Assembly: GCF_035084215.1 (NCBI RefSeq)
Contig: NW_027139359.1
Coordinates: 124,001 to 188,000, forward strand
Reading direction: 5' to 3'
From: Heptranchias perlo
Taxonomy: Eukaryota
DNA: 64,000 bases
Shown: piece after piece, positions 1 through 13,004 of the stretch
Numbering within the stretch: the first letter of the stretch is position 1
How the letters are laid out: each line of letters starts with the position of its first letter
Made by a program: the position numbers and the translations under genes
Notes under the pieces: generated by a model
Databases searched by the model: none
What the model saw: only the letters and a program-made list of their open reading frames with translations
Told to the model about the DNA's origin: nothing

Positions 1-47
1 TGATTCCAATCCACCAAGGCCAGATCTCCTTTAAGCTTACTGAAATA

Positions 48-196
48 CGGGTACGGTAGCATAGTGGTTATGTTACGGGACTAACAATCCAAAGGCCTGG
101 ACTAATAATCCAAAAATATTAGTTCAAATACTACCAGGGCAACTGGGGAATATAAATTCAGTTAAGTAAATGAAAATCTGAAATAAAAAAGCTAAT
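48..196 (+). mobile_element. tRNA-derived SINE, 5' part (continues at ~2896 after a CR1 insertion)
   Basis: A-box-like TAGCATAGTGG and degenerate B-box-like AGTTCAAATAC; the sequence resumes at ~2896 with cagtaatggtgaccatgaaact, as in a shark SINE I recall. Confidence 0.6.
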
Positions 197-2895
197 GCAT
201 ACGAATTAAGAGCAGGAGAAGGCCATTCGCCCCCTCGAGCATGCTCTGCCATTTGATAAAATCATGGCTGATCTGATGGTGACCTCAACCTTACTTTCCC
301 GTCTACCTACTATAACCTTTCACTCCCTTGTTAATCAGGAATCTATCGAACTCAGCCTTAAAAAAATTCAATGATCCTGCCTCCACGGCACTCTGGGGAA
401 GGGAGTTCGAAAGACTCACAGGGAAAAAATGTATCCTCATCTCTGTCTTAAATGGGAGACACCTTATTTTTAAACCCCTGGTTCTCGTCTGTCCCACAAG
501 GGGTTACATCCCTTCAGCATCTACCCCTTCTAGTCCCCTCAGGATCATATATGTTTCAATAAGATCACGCCTCATTCGTCTAAACTGAAGCGTACACAGG
601 CCCAACTTGTCCATCCGTTCCTCATAATATAACCCCCTCATCCAAGGAATCAGTCGAATGAACCTTCTCTTAACCGCCTTCAAAGCGATCATTTTTTAAA
701 TAAGGAGACCAAAACTGCACACAGTATTCCAGATGTGCTCTCACCAATGCCCTGTACAAATGTAGCAAAACATCTATACTTTTATATTCCATTCCCCTTG
801 TAATCACTGACAACATTCCATTTGCCTTCCTAATCACTTGCTGCACCTACATGTTAACTTTTTGTGATTCAAGTACTGGATCACCCAGATCCCTCTGTAC
901 CTCAGAGTTCTGCAATCTCTCTCCATTTAAATAATATACTGCTTTTCTATTCCTCTTGCCAAAGTGAACATATTCACATTTTCTCATATTATATTCCATC
1001 TGCCAAATTTTTGCCCACTTACTTAATCTATCTATATCCCTTTGCAGACTCCTTGTGTCCTCTTTACAACTTACTTTCCTATCTACCTTTGTGTCATCAG
1101 CAAATTGAGCAACCATGCATTCGGTCCCTTCATCCAAGTCATTGATATGGATTGTAAATGCTTGAGGTCCAAGCATTAATCCGTGTGGCACTCCACTCCT
1201 TACATCTTACCAACCTGAAAATAACTCATTAATGACTACTCTCTGTTTCCTGTTAGCTAACCAATCCTTTATCCGTGCTAATGCATTACCTCCGACACTA
1301 TGAGCTCTTATTTTGTGTAGTAGCCTTTGATGTGGCACCTTGTCAAAACCTTCTGGCAATCCAAGTACACCACATCCACAGAATCCTCTTCATGCACGTT
1401 GCTTGTGACTTCCTCAAAAACTCTAATAAATTAGTCAAACACGATTTCCCTTTCACAAAGCCATGTTGACTCTGCCTGTTTCATTGAGATTTTCGAAGTG
1501 CCCTGCTATAACCTCCTTAATAATAGATTCTAGCATTTTCCCTGTGACAGATGTTAAGCTGACTGGCCTGTAGTTTTTGTTTTCTGTCTCCCTCCATTCT
1601 TGAATAGAGGAGTTACTTTCGCTATTTTCCAATCTGATGGGACCCTTCCAGAATCTAGGGAATTTTGGAAAATTAACACCAATGTATCTGTTATCTCTGC
1701 AGCCACTTCCTATAAGACCCAGGATGAAGTGCGTCAGGACCTGGGGACTTGTCAGCTTTTAGTTCCAATATTTTTTTCAAAACCCTTTCCCTGGTGATTA
1801 TAAATATTTTACGTTCCTCTCTCCCTTTCACCTATTGATTCACAATTATTTCTGGCACATTATTTGTATCCTCTACATGAAGACAGACACAAAATATCTG
1901 TTCAATGCAGCCGCCATTTCCTTATTCTCCATTATTAATTCCCCAGACTCATTCTCTACAGGACCAACGCTCAGTTTAATTACTCTTTTCCTTTTGAAAT
2001 ACCTGTAGAAACTCTTACTATCTAATTTTATATTTCTAGCTAGCTTTCTCTTGCACTCTAATTTCTCCCTCCTTTTTATTATTTTACTCATTCTTTGCTG
2101 TTTTTCATATTCTGACCAATCTGCTGACCTGCCACTAATCTTCACGGAATTGTATCCTTTTTCTTTCAATTTGATACTATCTTTAACTTCCTCAATTAGC
2201 CACGGATGGTACGTCCTTCCCCGAGAGTCTTTCTTTCTCACTGGAATGTATCTTTGCTGAGTGTTATGAAATATCCCATTAAATGTCTGCCACTGCATCT
2301 CTACTGACTATCCCTTAACCTACGTTCCCAGTTCACTTTAGCCAGCTCTGTCTTAGACTTAATCTTCTCTCCCTCAACCTGAATGCGAATTTAATCATAT
2401 TGTGATCACTGCTACCTAGAGGCTCCTTTACAATTAATTCATTAATTAATCCTGTCTCATTGCACATTACCAGATCTAGAATAGCCTGCTCTCTGATTGG
2501 CTCTATAACGTGCTGCTCTAAGAAATTGTCCCGAAAGCACTCTATGAACTCATCTTCCAGGCTGCCTTTGCTAATTAGATTCTTCCAATCTATATGTAGA
2601 TTAAAATCATACATGATTATCGCCGTTCCTTGCTCACAAGCCCCCATTATTTCATCCTGTACACCCTGTCCTACAGTGTGGTTACTGTTAGGGGGCCTAT
2701 AAAGTACTCCCACAAGTGACTTCTTGCCTTTACTTTTTTTTATCTCTACCTAAACTGATTCTACATCTTGGTCTTTGGAACTAAGGTCATTTCTCTCTAT
2801 TATACTCATGCCACCCTTAATTAACAGAGCTACCCCTCCACCTTTTCTGAGCTTCCTGTCCTTCCGAAATGTCAAGTACCCTTAAATATTCAGGA
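197..2895 (-). mobile_element. CR1-type LINE, 5'-truncated ORF2 (APE endonuclease + RT) with 3' UTR, inactivated
   Basis: Minus-strand ORF pieces GVLYRPPNS, AILDLVMCN...LGSSDHNMI (APE), FADDTK, WQMEYN (RT), RRMRRDLIETY; stops and frameshifts between pieces. Confidence 0.92.
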
Positions 2896-3135
2896 ATATA
2901 CAGTAATGGTGACCATGAAACTACCGGATTATTGTCAAAACCCATCTAGTTCACCAGTGTCCTTTAGGGAAGGAAAACTGCTGTCCTTCGCCGGTCCAGA
3001 CTGTTCGTAACTCCAAACCCAGAGTCACGTGGTTGACTCTTAATTACTCTCTGAAATGGCATGCGGAGTCTTTCAGTCACCTTCTCAAGGGCAATTAGGG
3101 CTGTGCAGTAAATCCACATCCAATGAATAATAACA
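2896..3135 (+). mobile_element. SINE 3' part with LINE-like tail
   Basis: gtcctttagggaaggaaa...gtggttgactcttaa...ttctcaagggcaattaggg; collinear continuation of 48-196. Confidence 0.55.
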
Positions 3136-4117
3136 ATAGCTCTCCCCCGTGATAATTAGAACCTCTGGGGTAGATTTAAACTCTCATCACTGGGCGGGAA
3201 ACTGGCAGGAACCGATTGTCTGTATCTTGAATAGAAAAATCACTACAGATTTCACCTAGATAACGTCCTTGAAACTTATCCTCCAACTTTTCCTCAAATA
3301 GTTTTTAAAAATGTGCAGACTCTCCTGAGAGCTAATGGAAGACAAAGAAAAATATCACTACTGAGTGATGCCTCCTAGGAAAGTAATTAAAACGTGTTTG
3401 CTCACAGTGTATAATTTGAATTGAACTAAGACCGTCACAACCCTGGGCAAAAATCCTAAGTACAAGCCAACGTTTCTGGGAGAGATTGTTTTAAATAAAA
3501 ACAATACAAAATGAATAAATGGAATCATGTAATTGTTCAATATGCTACTTTCGACATTATAATTTTGTTGAAATCTTTATTTGGGACATTAGAAAATTCA
3601 GATGTTCTAAAGTCATTTTCAGCAATGTGTCAGGTAAAAGAGATTTAAACGGCGATGTACGGACTGATGTAACAAGCAGGGCATTTGCGGTGAATCACCC
3701 GATATTCAATTACAGTAACGATCCGAAATTCAACTCCGTTGCCTTCAATCGAACTGAATATAATTTTGTCGCTGCAGCCCAAGAAACGATGTTATCCTAT
3801 AGTGAATTGGCAGCTCGTTTTACAATGCACTTGATGTTCTTTTTGGTTGAAGTACACAGAAAAGGAAATCGGACTCAGTGTGAAACGAGCTACTGATTCG
3901 ATATGTGCTCGTTTCACGCTGCTGGGTAAATTAATTTCACCCTCATTAATTCTGAACTCAGGACTTAAAATTGAGATTGATTTCACAGAGTGAATTTTTG
4001 GAAGCCCATCAAAAGTCTAATGCAATATGGACATTTTAAAAATCGGATATTCCATTGAAAAAGTCTACTTTGGGGCAAGCGAATGGTGCAGATGACATAT
4101 AATCCAAGTTTAGTACT

Positions 4118-4293
4118 GAGAGTGAAATTCACATTCGGCGCATGCAGTAAGTGGTAACTGATCCACCACCGTTTTACACATCCGATTTTCCTTTTTATTA
4201 AATTCCATGGGATGGATAGTCTGGGTCGGTGTACAACGGACGGCCGATCTGTTACTGCTTCTTTTGCACCCACGTGATGAAGAATTTCACCCC
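4118..4293. mobile_element. Palindromic MITE (PIF/Harbinger-like)
   Basis: Terminal inverted repeats gtgaaattc / gaatttcac and inner arms ccgttttacac / gtgtacaacgg. Confidence 0.6.
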
Positions 4294-4624
4294 GTTTTCT
4301 CACTTTCTGATTCCGTAAAATGTCATTGCAAAACAGATCAACGATCAAAGGGGGTAATTTTCATGTTCACTGCCAGGACCTTATTATTAACGGGCTGCAT
4401 GTGTATTGTGTAATATATATTCTTGTATTTTAATCACTTACAATTTGTATTTCGATATGTATTTTTGTAATAATTACCATTCAGTAATAGTTCACATCAG
4501 GTATGTCCAGGCATCGGGACAGATGTTCAAATTATTGCCTGTGTATAAACCTATCAGTCTGGATCTGCTGCCCCTTACAGAATTACACGGAATTTTCGTT
4601 TGCATTAAAATGATCTGTATATTT

Positions 4625-4748
4625 CGGTACTGATTTTATACCTAATGAATGCATCATCTGTGTAATTTCATGCTGACTTTATACCCAATGAATGGACCTC
4701 CTGCATGATTTTATGCTGACTTTATATCTGATGAATGCATCTCCTGTA
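4625..4748. repeat. 43-bp minisatellite, left part
   Basis: tgaatg recurs at 4646, 4689 and 4732 (period 43). Confidence 0.75.
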
Positions 4749-5739
4749 TATCGGTGATTTGGATGAGGGAACCAAGTGTGGTGTTTCAGGGTTTCCTGGC
4801 GAAGCAAGGCTGGGTGGGGTAATGAGTTGTGAGGAGGATGCAAAGAGGTTTCGAGGCAATTTAGACAGGTTGAGTGAGTGGGCAAATACATTGCAGATAC
4901 TGTATAGTGTGGATAAATGTGAAGTAATCCACTTCGGAAGGAAAAACGGAAAGGCAGCGTATTATTTGAATAGTGATAGATTGGGAAAAGTTGATGTGCA
5001 AGGGGACCTGCGTGCCCTTGTACATCAGTCACTGAAATCTGACATGTAATTGCAGCAAGCAGTTAGTAGAGCAGATGGTATGTTGGCCTTCATTGCAGGA
5101 GGAATTGAGTGCAGGAGCAGGGATGTCTTGCTGAGGTTGTACAGGGTCTTGGTGAGACAACACCTGGAGTATTGTGTGCAGTTTTGGGCTCCTTACTTAA
5201 GAAGGGATTTGCTTGCCATGGAGGGAGTGCGGTGAAGTTTGACCAGACAGATTCCTGGGATAGTAGGACTGTCGTATGAGGAGAGATTGGGTCGACTCGG
5301 CCTGTATTCACTTTAGTTCAGGAGAATGAGAGGGGATCTCATTGAAACATATCAAATTCTGACACGACTAGACAGATTGGATACAGGAAGGATGTTTCCC
5401 CTGGCTGGGGGGACCAGAACGGGGGGCGGGGGGGCGGTGGGGGTCACAGTCTCAGGATAAGGAGTAGGACATTTAGGACTGAGATGAGGAGGAATTTCTT
5501 CACTCAGAGGGTGGTGAACCTGTGGAATTCTCTACAACAGAAGGCTGTGGAGGCCAAGTCACTGAATATATTTAATAAGGAGCTAGATATATTTCCAGAC
5601 ACAAAAGGCATCATGGGGTATGGGGAGAGAGAGGAAATATGGTATTGAGATAGAGGATCAGCCACGGTCATATTGAATGGTGGAGCAAGATCGAAGGGCC
5701 GAATGGCCTACTCCTGTTCCTATTTTCTATGTTTCTATG
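4749..5739 (+). mobile_element. CR1 LINE 3' fragment (RT C-terminus + 3' UTR)
   Basis: DLDEGTKC, KCEVIHFGRKN, LYRVLVRQHLEYCVQFWAP; ends in a tttctatg-type tail. Confidence 0.92.
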
Positions 5740-6116
5740 ATTTTATGCTGACGTTATTACACCCAATTAATGTGCCACCTGGATGAGTTTGACCTCCTTT
5801 GATGTGGAATACATCGATTGCATGTATGATTTCGTTTTTAATATTACATTAAATAAATGCACAATCTGCATGCTTTTGTACTAATTGTATCCCGACAGCA
5901 AATATTCTTTGTATGATCTTATTCTGATTGTACACCAAAAGAAAGCAGCCCTTGTATGATTTATACCGATTGTACACGCACACAAAGCAACCGCTGTATG
6001 ATCTTGAACTGATTGTACAACTACAGAAAGCATCCGTTGTGAGATGTTGTACTGATTGAACACCTCCAGAAAGCATCCCCTGTATGATCTCATACCGATT
6101 GTATAACGAGTGAATG
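5740..6116. repeat. 43-bp minisatellite, right part
   Basis: gtatga/gtgaga at 5911, 5954, 5996, 6039 and 6082 (period 42-43); unit related to 4625-4748. Confidence 0.75.
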
Positions 6117-7994
6117 CTCACCTTAAAATATTTTGTATCGACTTCATAACTAGAAATTTACCAACTGGATTTTGTTGTAATGACACTTCACTCAATGAAA
6201 ACACCGCTTTTGTGATTTTGAACCGATTTGATACTTCAATTTTACCCAGGGTAGGAGCAAAAATGCCCAAAGTGATTTTTGACTTTAATTTGTGGAAATG
6301 CCGTTTTATTTGCACAACGTTAATTTTACATTTAACCTAATGGGCTCTTTTTCCTAAATAAATTTCAGGCACAAACTATAGCTTTAAAAGAAAACAATTG
6401 TTTAATACACATTAGAAAAATCTACATTAGAATTCAACAACATCTAAGAATGAGGCACGATTGAGAATTGATTTAACAGCAAGAAGGAAACAAAACCTTC
6501 TGAATTCCCACGATGCAAAACCTTTGGAAATCAAATATATATCTTAGACTAACCCATTAACGAAAGTTTTTACTAATGGTTGGCTCAGACTTGTCGAGAA
6601 GATTTGATGAATGTATTGATGGTCACAGTTGTAGTCTTGCATGGCTTTCTTTTTTTGTCTACTCAGCCATTTCAGAAGCAATTTGCAAGTCTGCATCAAG
6701 GCAAGACCTTGTGAGGGAGAGAGCAGTCATGAAGCCTGGTGAGGTGGCGCCGGAAACGAAGGCGAGGTTGGAGCAGCGAACTGTTGGAGCAGTTCCTCAC
6801 TCACTCTAACTTCCGCTTGGGTCTTTATAAGTCACCATGATTTTGAACCACACCCCTGGGGCTGTGGCCTGTCAACGATCTGCTTCTTCAAATACAACTC
6901 CAAGACTGATTGAGAATTCATTTGTTTCTCTCTGTGTCTCTGATGTAAGCAATTTAAGGAGGCAGTTGTTCAGCCAATCTCCAACCGACCCAGTGTCGAG
7001 GCCTTGATGCTATGTTCCAGTTGCTATGGTGATCTGTCCTTCTCTGTTTGGTCTTTAACGACGTGTAAATTAATAATTCCTTTAATAGTTTTCCCTTCAG
7101 CCTATTGGAACCGATGTTACATCAAACTTTCGTTTATCGCTTCTATTTTTATTATAGTCTCTCATCGTCATTGCTTTGAATAGCCACTGTCAGAAATTCG
7201 TGTTTGTCATAGCTACCGTACTGGATTCGGTGGCATCAGTCAATTCTGTTAGTGGTGTGAGCATCTTACTTTGATGGTAACAAAGAACAGCGCTCTCTAT
7301 CTGCTTGTACAAATAGCGAGACGTGTGGTTTAACAACAGTACCCCATTGTGACAACGAAGCATTTTTCCGCAACTTCCGTCTGTGCGTTTGTTCAATCTC
7401 AATGAAGGCAGACTGAGCAAAATCTTGGCGAGATGAGACTTGCTCTGTAATGTTAAACTCTTTTATTTCCGAGCAAGTGAACATAGAGTGCAAACAGTTA
7501 TGCTTGGATGCACATATTCCCATCAATTGTAGAATAGCAATAAAAAAATTGTCATTTTACTTTCGAACTCGTCCCTCCAATTTTCCATACTTCCAACAGA
7601 TTTTCTGCTGCCTAACTCCCTCTAGCTTTCGCAGCTCGTTCTTTTTTTAAAAAATACCTGAATATACAGTCAGTTTTTTTTTGTCAAACTAAATACACCC
7701 TCCAAGAGCAGAAACCACCAACCTAAATCACCCCTTCTGATTTGAGATGAAGCGAGCTGTCACAGCGATGAACCGTATGGCTCCAGCAGGCTACTTCAGG
7801 TGCTCTGTTGAATTTTAATCTGACCTGCCATCCCTGTCAATTTAACCCCATTGACAGTCAAGTTTATCTCGATAGAAGTATTTATAATATATATCACATA
7901 AAAGTCGTCGCCCCTCCCCATGCCACCCGTTGTGACAAGATCTGTAATAGTGTCAGAGGAGTGGCGAACAACATATGTAATTCCAATTTACAAG

Positions 7995-8600
7995 GGGGAA
8001 TATTTTATTAACCAAGCGAACTATGGACCAGTTACAGTATCGTGGGTGACTTGGAGGATACTAGAACCTTTTCTGTAAGATCATACAATAAAAAATAAAA
8101 TAGGAACAGTTAGCATGGATTGAGAAATGGAAGGACATGTGTAACCATCGTTACTGAATCGTTTGAAGAGATAACAAGTAAAGGCAAAGCAGTGAGTGTG
8201 GTATATATCGACATTGAAAAGACCATCGATAACGAATCTCATCAGAGACTCATGACAAAAGTCAGGCCCTGTGGAGTCAGGGATCATGTCGGAAAATGGA
8301 TTAGAAGATGTGTACAGAACGGAAAAGAGAGTGTCTGAGATAAGGGAAGAATCTTGGACTGGCAGAAAGTGGGAACTGGTGTCCTGCAGGGATCCGGGGA
8401 CCACTGTTTTCACCATAAAGATAAATGATTTGCACTCATAGATTCGAGGTTTTGTGTTCAAATTTTCATATTATACCAAATTGCGGGGTATAGCTTGTAT
8501 GACAGCACCAAACTTTTAGAAGATATAAACAGTCTTTCAGAGCGGAAAATCATTGGGAAATGAAATTCCATAGGGAAACAATGAGGAAAGCAGAGAGGAA
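7995..8600 (+). mobile_element. Old degraded CR1 ORF2 fragment
   Basis: ESFEEITSKG, VVYIDIEK, degenerate GVLQGS motif. Confidence 0.75.
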
Positions 8601-8639
8601 TTAAACAATGTAATTATCAAACAATATAAAAAATAGTAA

Positions 8640-9937
8640 AGTATTCTATCAACACATAAGTAACTAAGCTAAGCGAATCAAAAGATAAACTCTAAGGTAA
8701 TGACTGTGAAATGGCAGAAATATTGAACAGTTGCTTTGCCTCAAGGAGTCGAACACGGTGGACATGACGTTAGTAGAAGATATCAAAAAGGATATTAAGA
8801 CTTGTACGATGGATAAGAAGGAGATAGTTGATAAACAAGACCAACGAAGTTTCGATAAAACTGGTCCAGATGGGTTGCATCCGTGCATATTCAAAGAAGC
8901 TACGGGAGAGATGGAAAAGTCAGTATTACATATGTATAAAAATTCAGTAGAACATGGAATAGTGCCAGAGGACTGGCGGACAACTTATTTGACTCCTATA
9001 TTTAAAAATTCGACCGGATAAATCAAGGCTCGTGTAAATCAGTTACTTAACGATGGTCCTTTAGAATCTTTACTCCAAGATGTAATCGAAAAACAGCTAG
9101 AAACCGAAGATATGGCAAATAACAGTAAGTACGGATATCAAAAGGGAAGGTCATGCTTGACCAAACTTATTCAATTTTTGAAGATGAAACAGAAAGAACA
9201 AACAATGGTAATGCAGAGGAAATAATATCCATGAACTTTCATAAGGCCCGCGATAAGGTACCACATAGTATACTCATGATTAAAGTCAGAGAATATGGGG
9301 TCAAGGGACAAGTAGAAGAATGTAGTAAACTGGCTATAAAACAAAAAGCATAGAGTGGGAGTTAATGGGAGTTACTCAGACTGGCAGATGGTGGGAAGTG
9401 GTGTTCCACAGTGATCGGCGCTGGGACCTCTGTTGTTCACCATTTACATAAACGATCTGTACTCGGAATCGGAAGTACAATATGAAAATTTGCGGATGAC
9501 ACCAAATTGTGGGCATAGCTAATACTGAGAAGACTGCGTCAAAATAGACGAAAAAATTAACAAACTTGTCGAATTTGTTTTTAAATAGCGAATGAATTTC
9601 AATATCTATACACCTTGGAAAACACGAGTCTAAAAGGAATCTCGGGGTCAAATTCACAATCATAAAAAGTAGTAACGTAAGTTGACAAAGTCATAAAAGA
9701 TGCAGCAAAGCAGTGTGGTTCCTTTCTAGAGCAATAGAATTCATAAGCCAAAAAATGTTAAACGTGTACAGAGCCTTGGATAGACCGCACTTAGAGTACT
9801 GCACACAGTTCTGTTCTCCGTATTATAAAAATGGTATAGATGCCTTGGAGCAGGTGCAGAAAATATTTAGAAGCATGATACCAGAATTGAGAGGGTACAA
9901 CTATCAGGAAAGACTGAACACTCTGTTCTTTTCTCTA
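8640..9937 (+). mobile_element. Degraded CR1 ORF2 fragment (same subfamily as 47760-49470)
   Basis: GPDGLHPCIFKE, GIVPEDWR, DKVPH, FADDTK, RPHLEYCTQF. Confidence 0.85.
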
Positions 9938-10502
9938 AATAATTGTTCAATTTCTAAAGCAAGGAAATCCTAGGACCGCACTGCTGTGGAAGGTCAACCC
10001 TTGGACCAGGAGCTCCATGTAATGTTTGGGTTTGACACGAAGACATGTGGAACATACATTGAGAGAACCTACCCTCAGGGGACGCAGCTCAACAAGTATT
10101 GTTCAGTCTTGCCTGTGGTACTGATTATTGGGGGAGAGGCCTACAGCTCACTAAAGAGAACATTAGGCATGTCAGGCCTCTGCTTGATGTGGCTTGCAAG
10201 TAAACTACCGCAGGCACTCAGTAATAAAAGATTGAAAACAAGTCACGTTACAATAATCACATTATGCGCTTCCAGCAATAATAACTTCTAAATCATACAA
10301 AGGTGCTTGGTCCACTGCTATTAGGTCAGATACTTGTCCCTACTGTTCCACATATACCTCCATCACAGCAGATATCCGTGAACGCAGAAATGTGCTGTGC
10401 CTCAAGAGAGATGTGCTTCAAAAGGTAATGGAAGGGGATTGGTTAAAAAGACACGCTGATTTATGGAAGAGCGTCTGCACCTGAAAGACAATGAGAAATG
10501 AT

Positions 10503-10685
10503 GGGGGTGAAATTGAACTTCGGAGGGGACGCAAAACGGAGGTAGCGGATCGGCCGTCAATTATACCCTTCGCCCGATTTTCCTTTCCATTGATTTGAAT
10601 CAAAAGAAAAGTGAAGCGTTGTGTGCAACGGGAATCTATTCAGCAACTACCCGTTTTGTGTCCAACTGAAGTTGAATTTTATCCC
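10503..10685. mobile_element. Palindromic MITE (PIF/Harbinger-like)
   Basis: TIRs ggggtgaaattgaacttc / gaagttgaattttatccc; inner arms gcaaaacgg / ccgttttgt; central tttccattga core. Confidence 0.7.
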
Positions 10686-10739
10686 TGGCAACTTGTTTGA
10701 TGATGAAACTGCCATTTCCCGCCGACAGTGGGAACTGGA

Positions 10740-11500
10740 TAATATTTGTGCTGACAAGCTGCATGAAATATTTGTGCCACATACATTAATGGTAATGACC
10801 GTCTCAACCAAGAGAATGACCAGCCACCTTCCTCTGGCCTTCAATGGCACCACAAGCACTGAGTCCTCCTTTACACACGTCCTTACAGTTAGCATTGATC
10901 AGAAGGTGAATTGGAAAGTCATTTCAACGCCGTGCTACAAGAGCAGCACAGATGATCTCCTGACCATTCACAGCCTCTCCCCCATCTCTATTGCTCAAGT
11001 CAGGATTGTGATGGAACAATCATATTTTGCCTGGATTGGCTTCACCTGTAATAACACTCATGCAGGTCGACACCATGCAGGAGAGAGCTGTTACATTGAC
11101 AGACGCCCTTGTCATTGGACTCAATCTTCACCCCTCCACCACAGGCACACTGTGGTTGCATTATGTACGATCTAGAGGATGCAGTGATAAAACTTACCAA
11201 GGTTGCCAGGGCAGCACCTTCCAACCTTGCAATCTCTGCCTCTATGAGGAACAAGAACAGCAACGTTGAGGATGAACCCTTCACCTCCACGTTCTCGATC
11301 AAGTCACACACTATTCTGAATTGGATATACAGATATCACCGTCCCTTCATCATCTCAGAATTCTCGACCTGACAACATTGTGGGCGCACCATCACGAAGG
11401 ATTACTGAGGTCAAGCAGATGGGTCACCACCACCGTCCCAATACAACGCATGATAGTCAATATGTGCAGGTTTGCCTGCATTTCACACTCCCGAAGAACT
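10740..11500 (+). mobile_element. Degraded 3' part of a second non-LTR retrotransposon family (CR1/L2 group)
   Basis: HLPLAFNGTT, IDQKVNW, AQVRIVMEQSYFAW, LHHRHTVVALCTI resemble an RT C-terminus; same family at 14330-14570, 18500-18730 and 36810-37160. Confidence 0.65.
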
Positions 11501-12753
11501 AAAAAAACAAGACCACGAACTGGAGTATCTATCCCTCATACATTTCAATCTTTCACCTGATGATGGTAAGCACCAGTTGAAAAGAATGCATTGGAACTAA
11601 TGCTATGTTACACACATTGTCTCCAGCTCCATTGAACAGAGTAACCGTTCGTCCAACAGCGCCTCGTCTCTCTCGTCCAAGTTCCCAGTACGGGGCTTTA
11701 TATGAACTGAGCTTACTGTCCAGTCAATGATCATTCAGGGCAGCATATACATTCCAACAGTTCTTTGTAAATGATTGCAGTACAATCCCGTTCTCCCTGC
11801 TTTCAGCACGAAAGCTATGAGTAAGAACAGCTGACTTTGATGCATGGGCAACATGGACAGCAATAATCCATCCAAATGCTCGACTGCAACATTTTACTTT
11901 CCTCCTTTAACCCTCGCAATTTAACTGAAACTCTCAGTGTCCATCCACAAGCGGAAAAAAGGCGCTAGAATTCGTATTAGGCAGTAGCGCAAAACTGGTG
12001 GTAGCGAATCGGCAGCCTGTTTAACATTGTTATATTCAGATCCTGGATATTTCGCCTGTGGGAGGGGCGCCTGTTAATTTCGCCCGCGCGTTGCCTCAAA
12101 ATTCCATATGTTAATTTTAATGGAGAGAAAATCAGGAAGAAAATCAGGCCAATTTTTCGCCAGACGTTCCCATCAGACAGCTCTTACTCCCCAATTCTGA
12201 TGGATATATTTTGGTTAAATAAAGCTTCCCTCTCAAACGCCCCTTAATACCCTCAGTTCTAAGTTTACATTGTGCCGTTCTCAGGGAGGAAACAATAAGT
12301 CGGACCCTGTTTCTTCCATGTCCACGCGGGTCTTGGCGCATTCGCCAAAACCCAACACGATCATGGATGATGTGTGGGGCTTCCCGCTGCGGACAAATGT
12401 CCGGACCCTTTCCGTGTGGACATGATGAAAATTATCTCCATGTTGCCTCATGATGCTGAAACTCTTTGGAGCATATTGGAAGGAGAAGCAAAGAGAAGTA
12501 CCGAGATAAAAGGAAGTTAGTGCTAATCCAGCATCAATAGGCACAGCCGTTGCAACAAATTCTTCAATACATCATTGATAATGTTTGACATGTTTTGCTT
12601 GTGAGACGTGGTCCTGAAAGGATCTACACCAATACTACACAAATAGTCTTACTAAGATATTATATTTTCTCAATAAATCAAAGTAAAATTCTCGACTTTA
12701 ATATTCTAGCTCTGCTGTTCTAGCCTGTTAATGTAAGATAGTGTTCTGCTCGC

Positions 12754-12863
12754 TAATGACTAGTGTAAAAGCAGCTAACTAATCTGTTTGTTCAACGACT
12801 GTGACTAATGTCAGTAATTGGATGACCCAATTGTCCCCCATGAGATCTCACTCAGATATAAAA
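12754..12863 (+). promoter_or_regulatory. Proximal promoter of GPCR gene 1: homeodomain cores, Olf1/EBF-like site, TATA box
   Basis: TAATGA 12754, TAATTG 12815, CAATTG 12828, CCCCATGAGA 12836-12845, TATAAAA 12857-12863 (78 nt before ATG); collinear with the gene 3 promoter. Confidence 0.7.
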
Positions 12864-12934
12864 CACTGGTTGCTGTTTATCAATTTCATCTATTTGTCAA
12901 TCAGACCCACCAGCAAGATCACCTCTCCGAGAAA

Positions 12935-13004
12935 ATGGGATGGCCAGTAACTGTGCAGATCGAAGCAATTTGCTACCCGATTCTTGCGTTGATTGGTGTT
13001 CCTG
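12935..13004 (+). CDS. GPR139/GPR142-related class A GPCR gene 1, coding exon 1 (N-terminus and start of TM1)
   Basis: MGWPVTVQIEAICYPILALIGVP-G, 70 nt, donor G|gtaagc (phase 1) joins in frame to 15903 to give the TM1 motif GVPAN; paralogous exon at 38392-38461. Confidence 0.88.

Noticed and set aside
48-135. tRNA gene
   Set aside because: Only degenerate A/B boxes, no convincing cloverleaf; it is a SINE head.
5865-6116. Regular ~43-bp periodicity resembling a CRISPR array
   Set aside because: Whole units are degenerate copies with no constant repeat plus unique spacer structure, no cas genes, and the context is vertebrate; it is a minisatellite.
10621-11175. 184-aa ORF as a host gene
   Set aside because: It runs from a MITE into a degraded LINE RT fragment.
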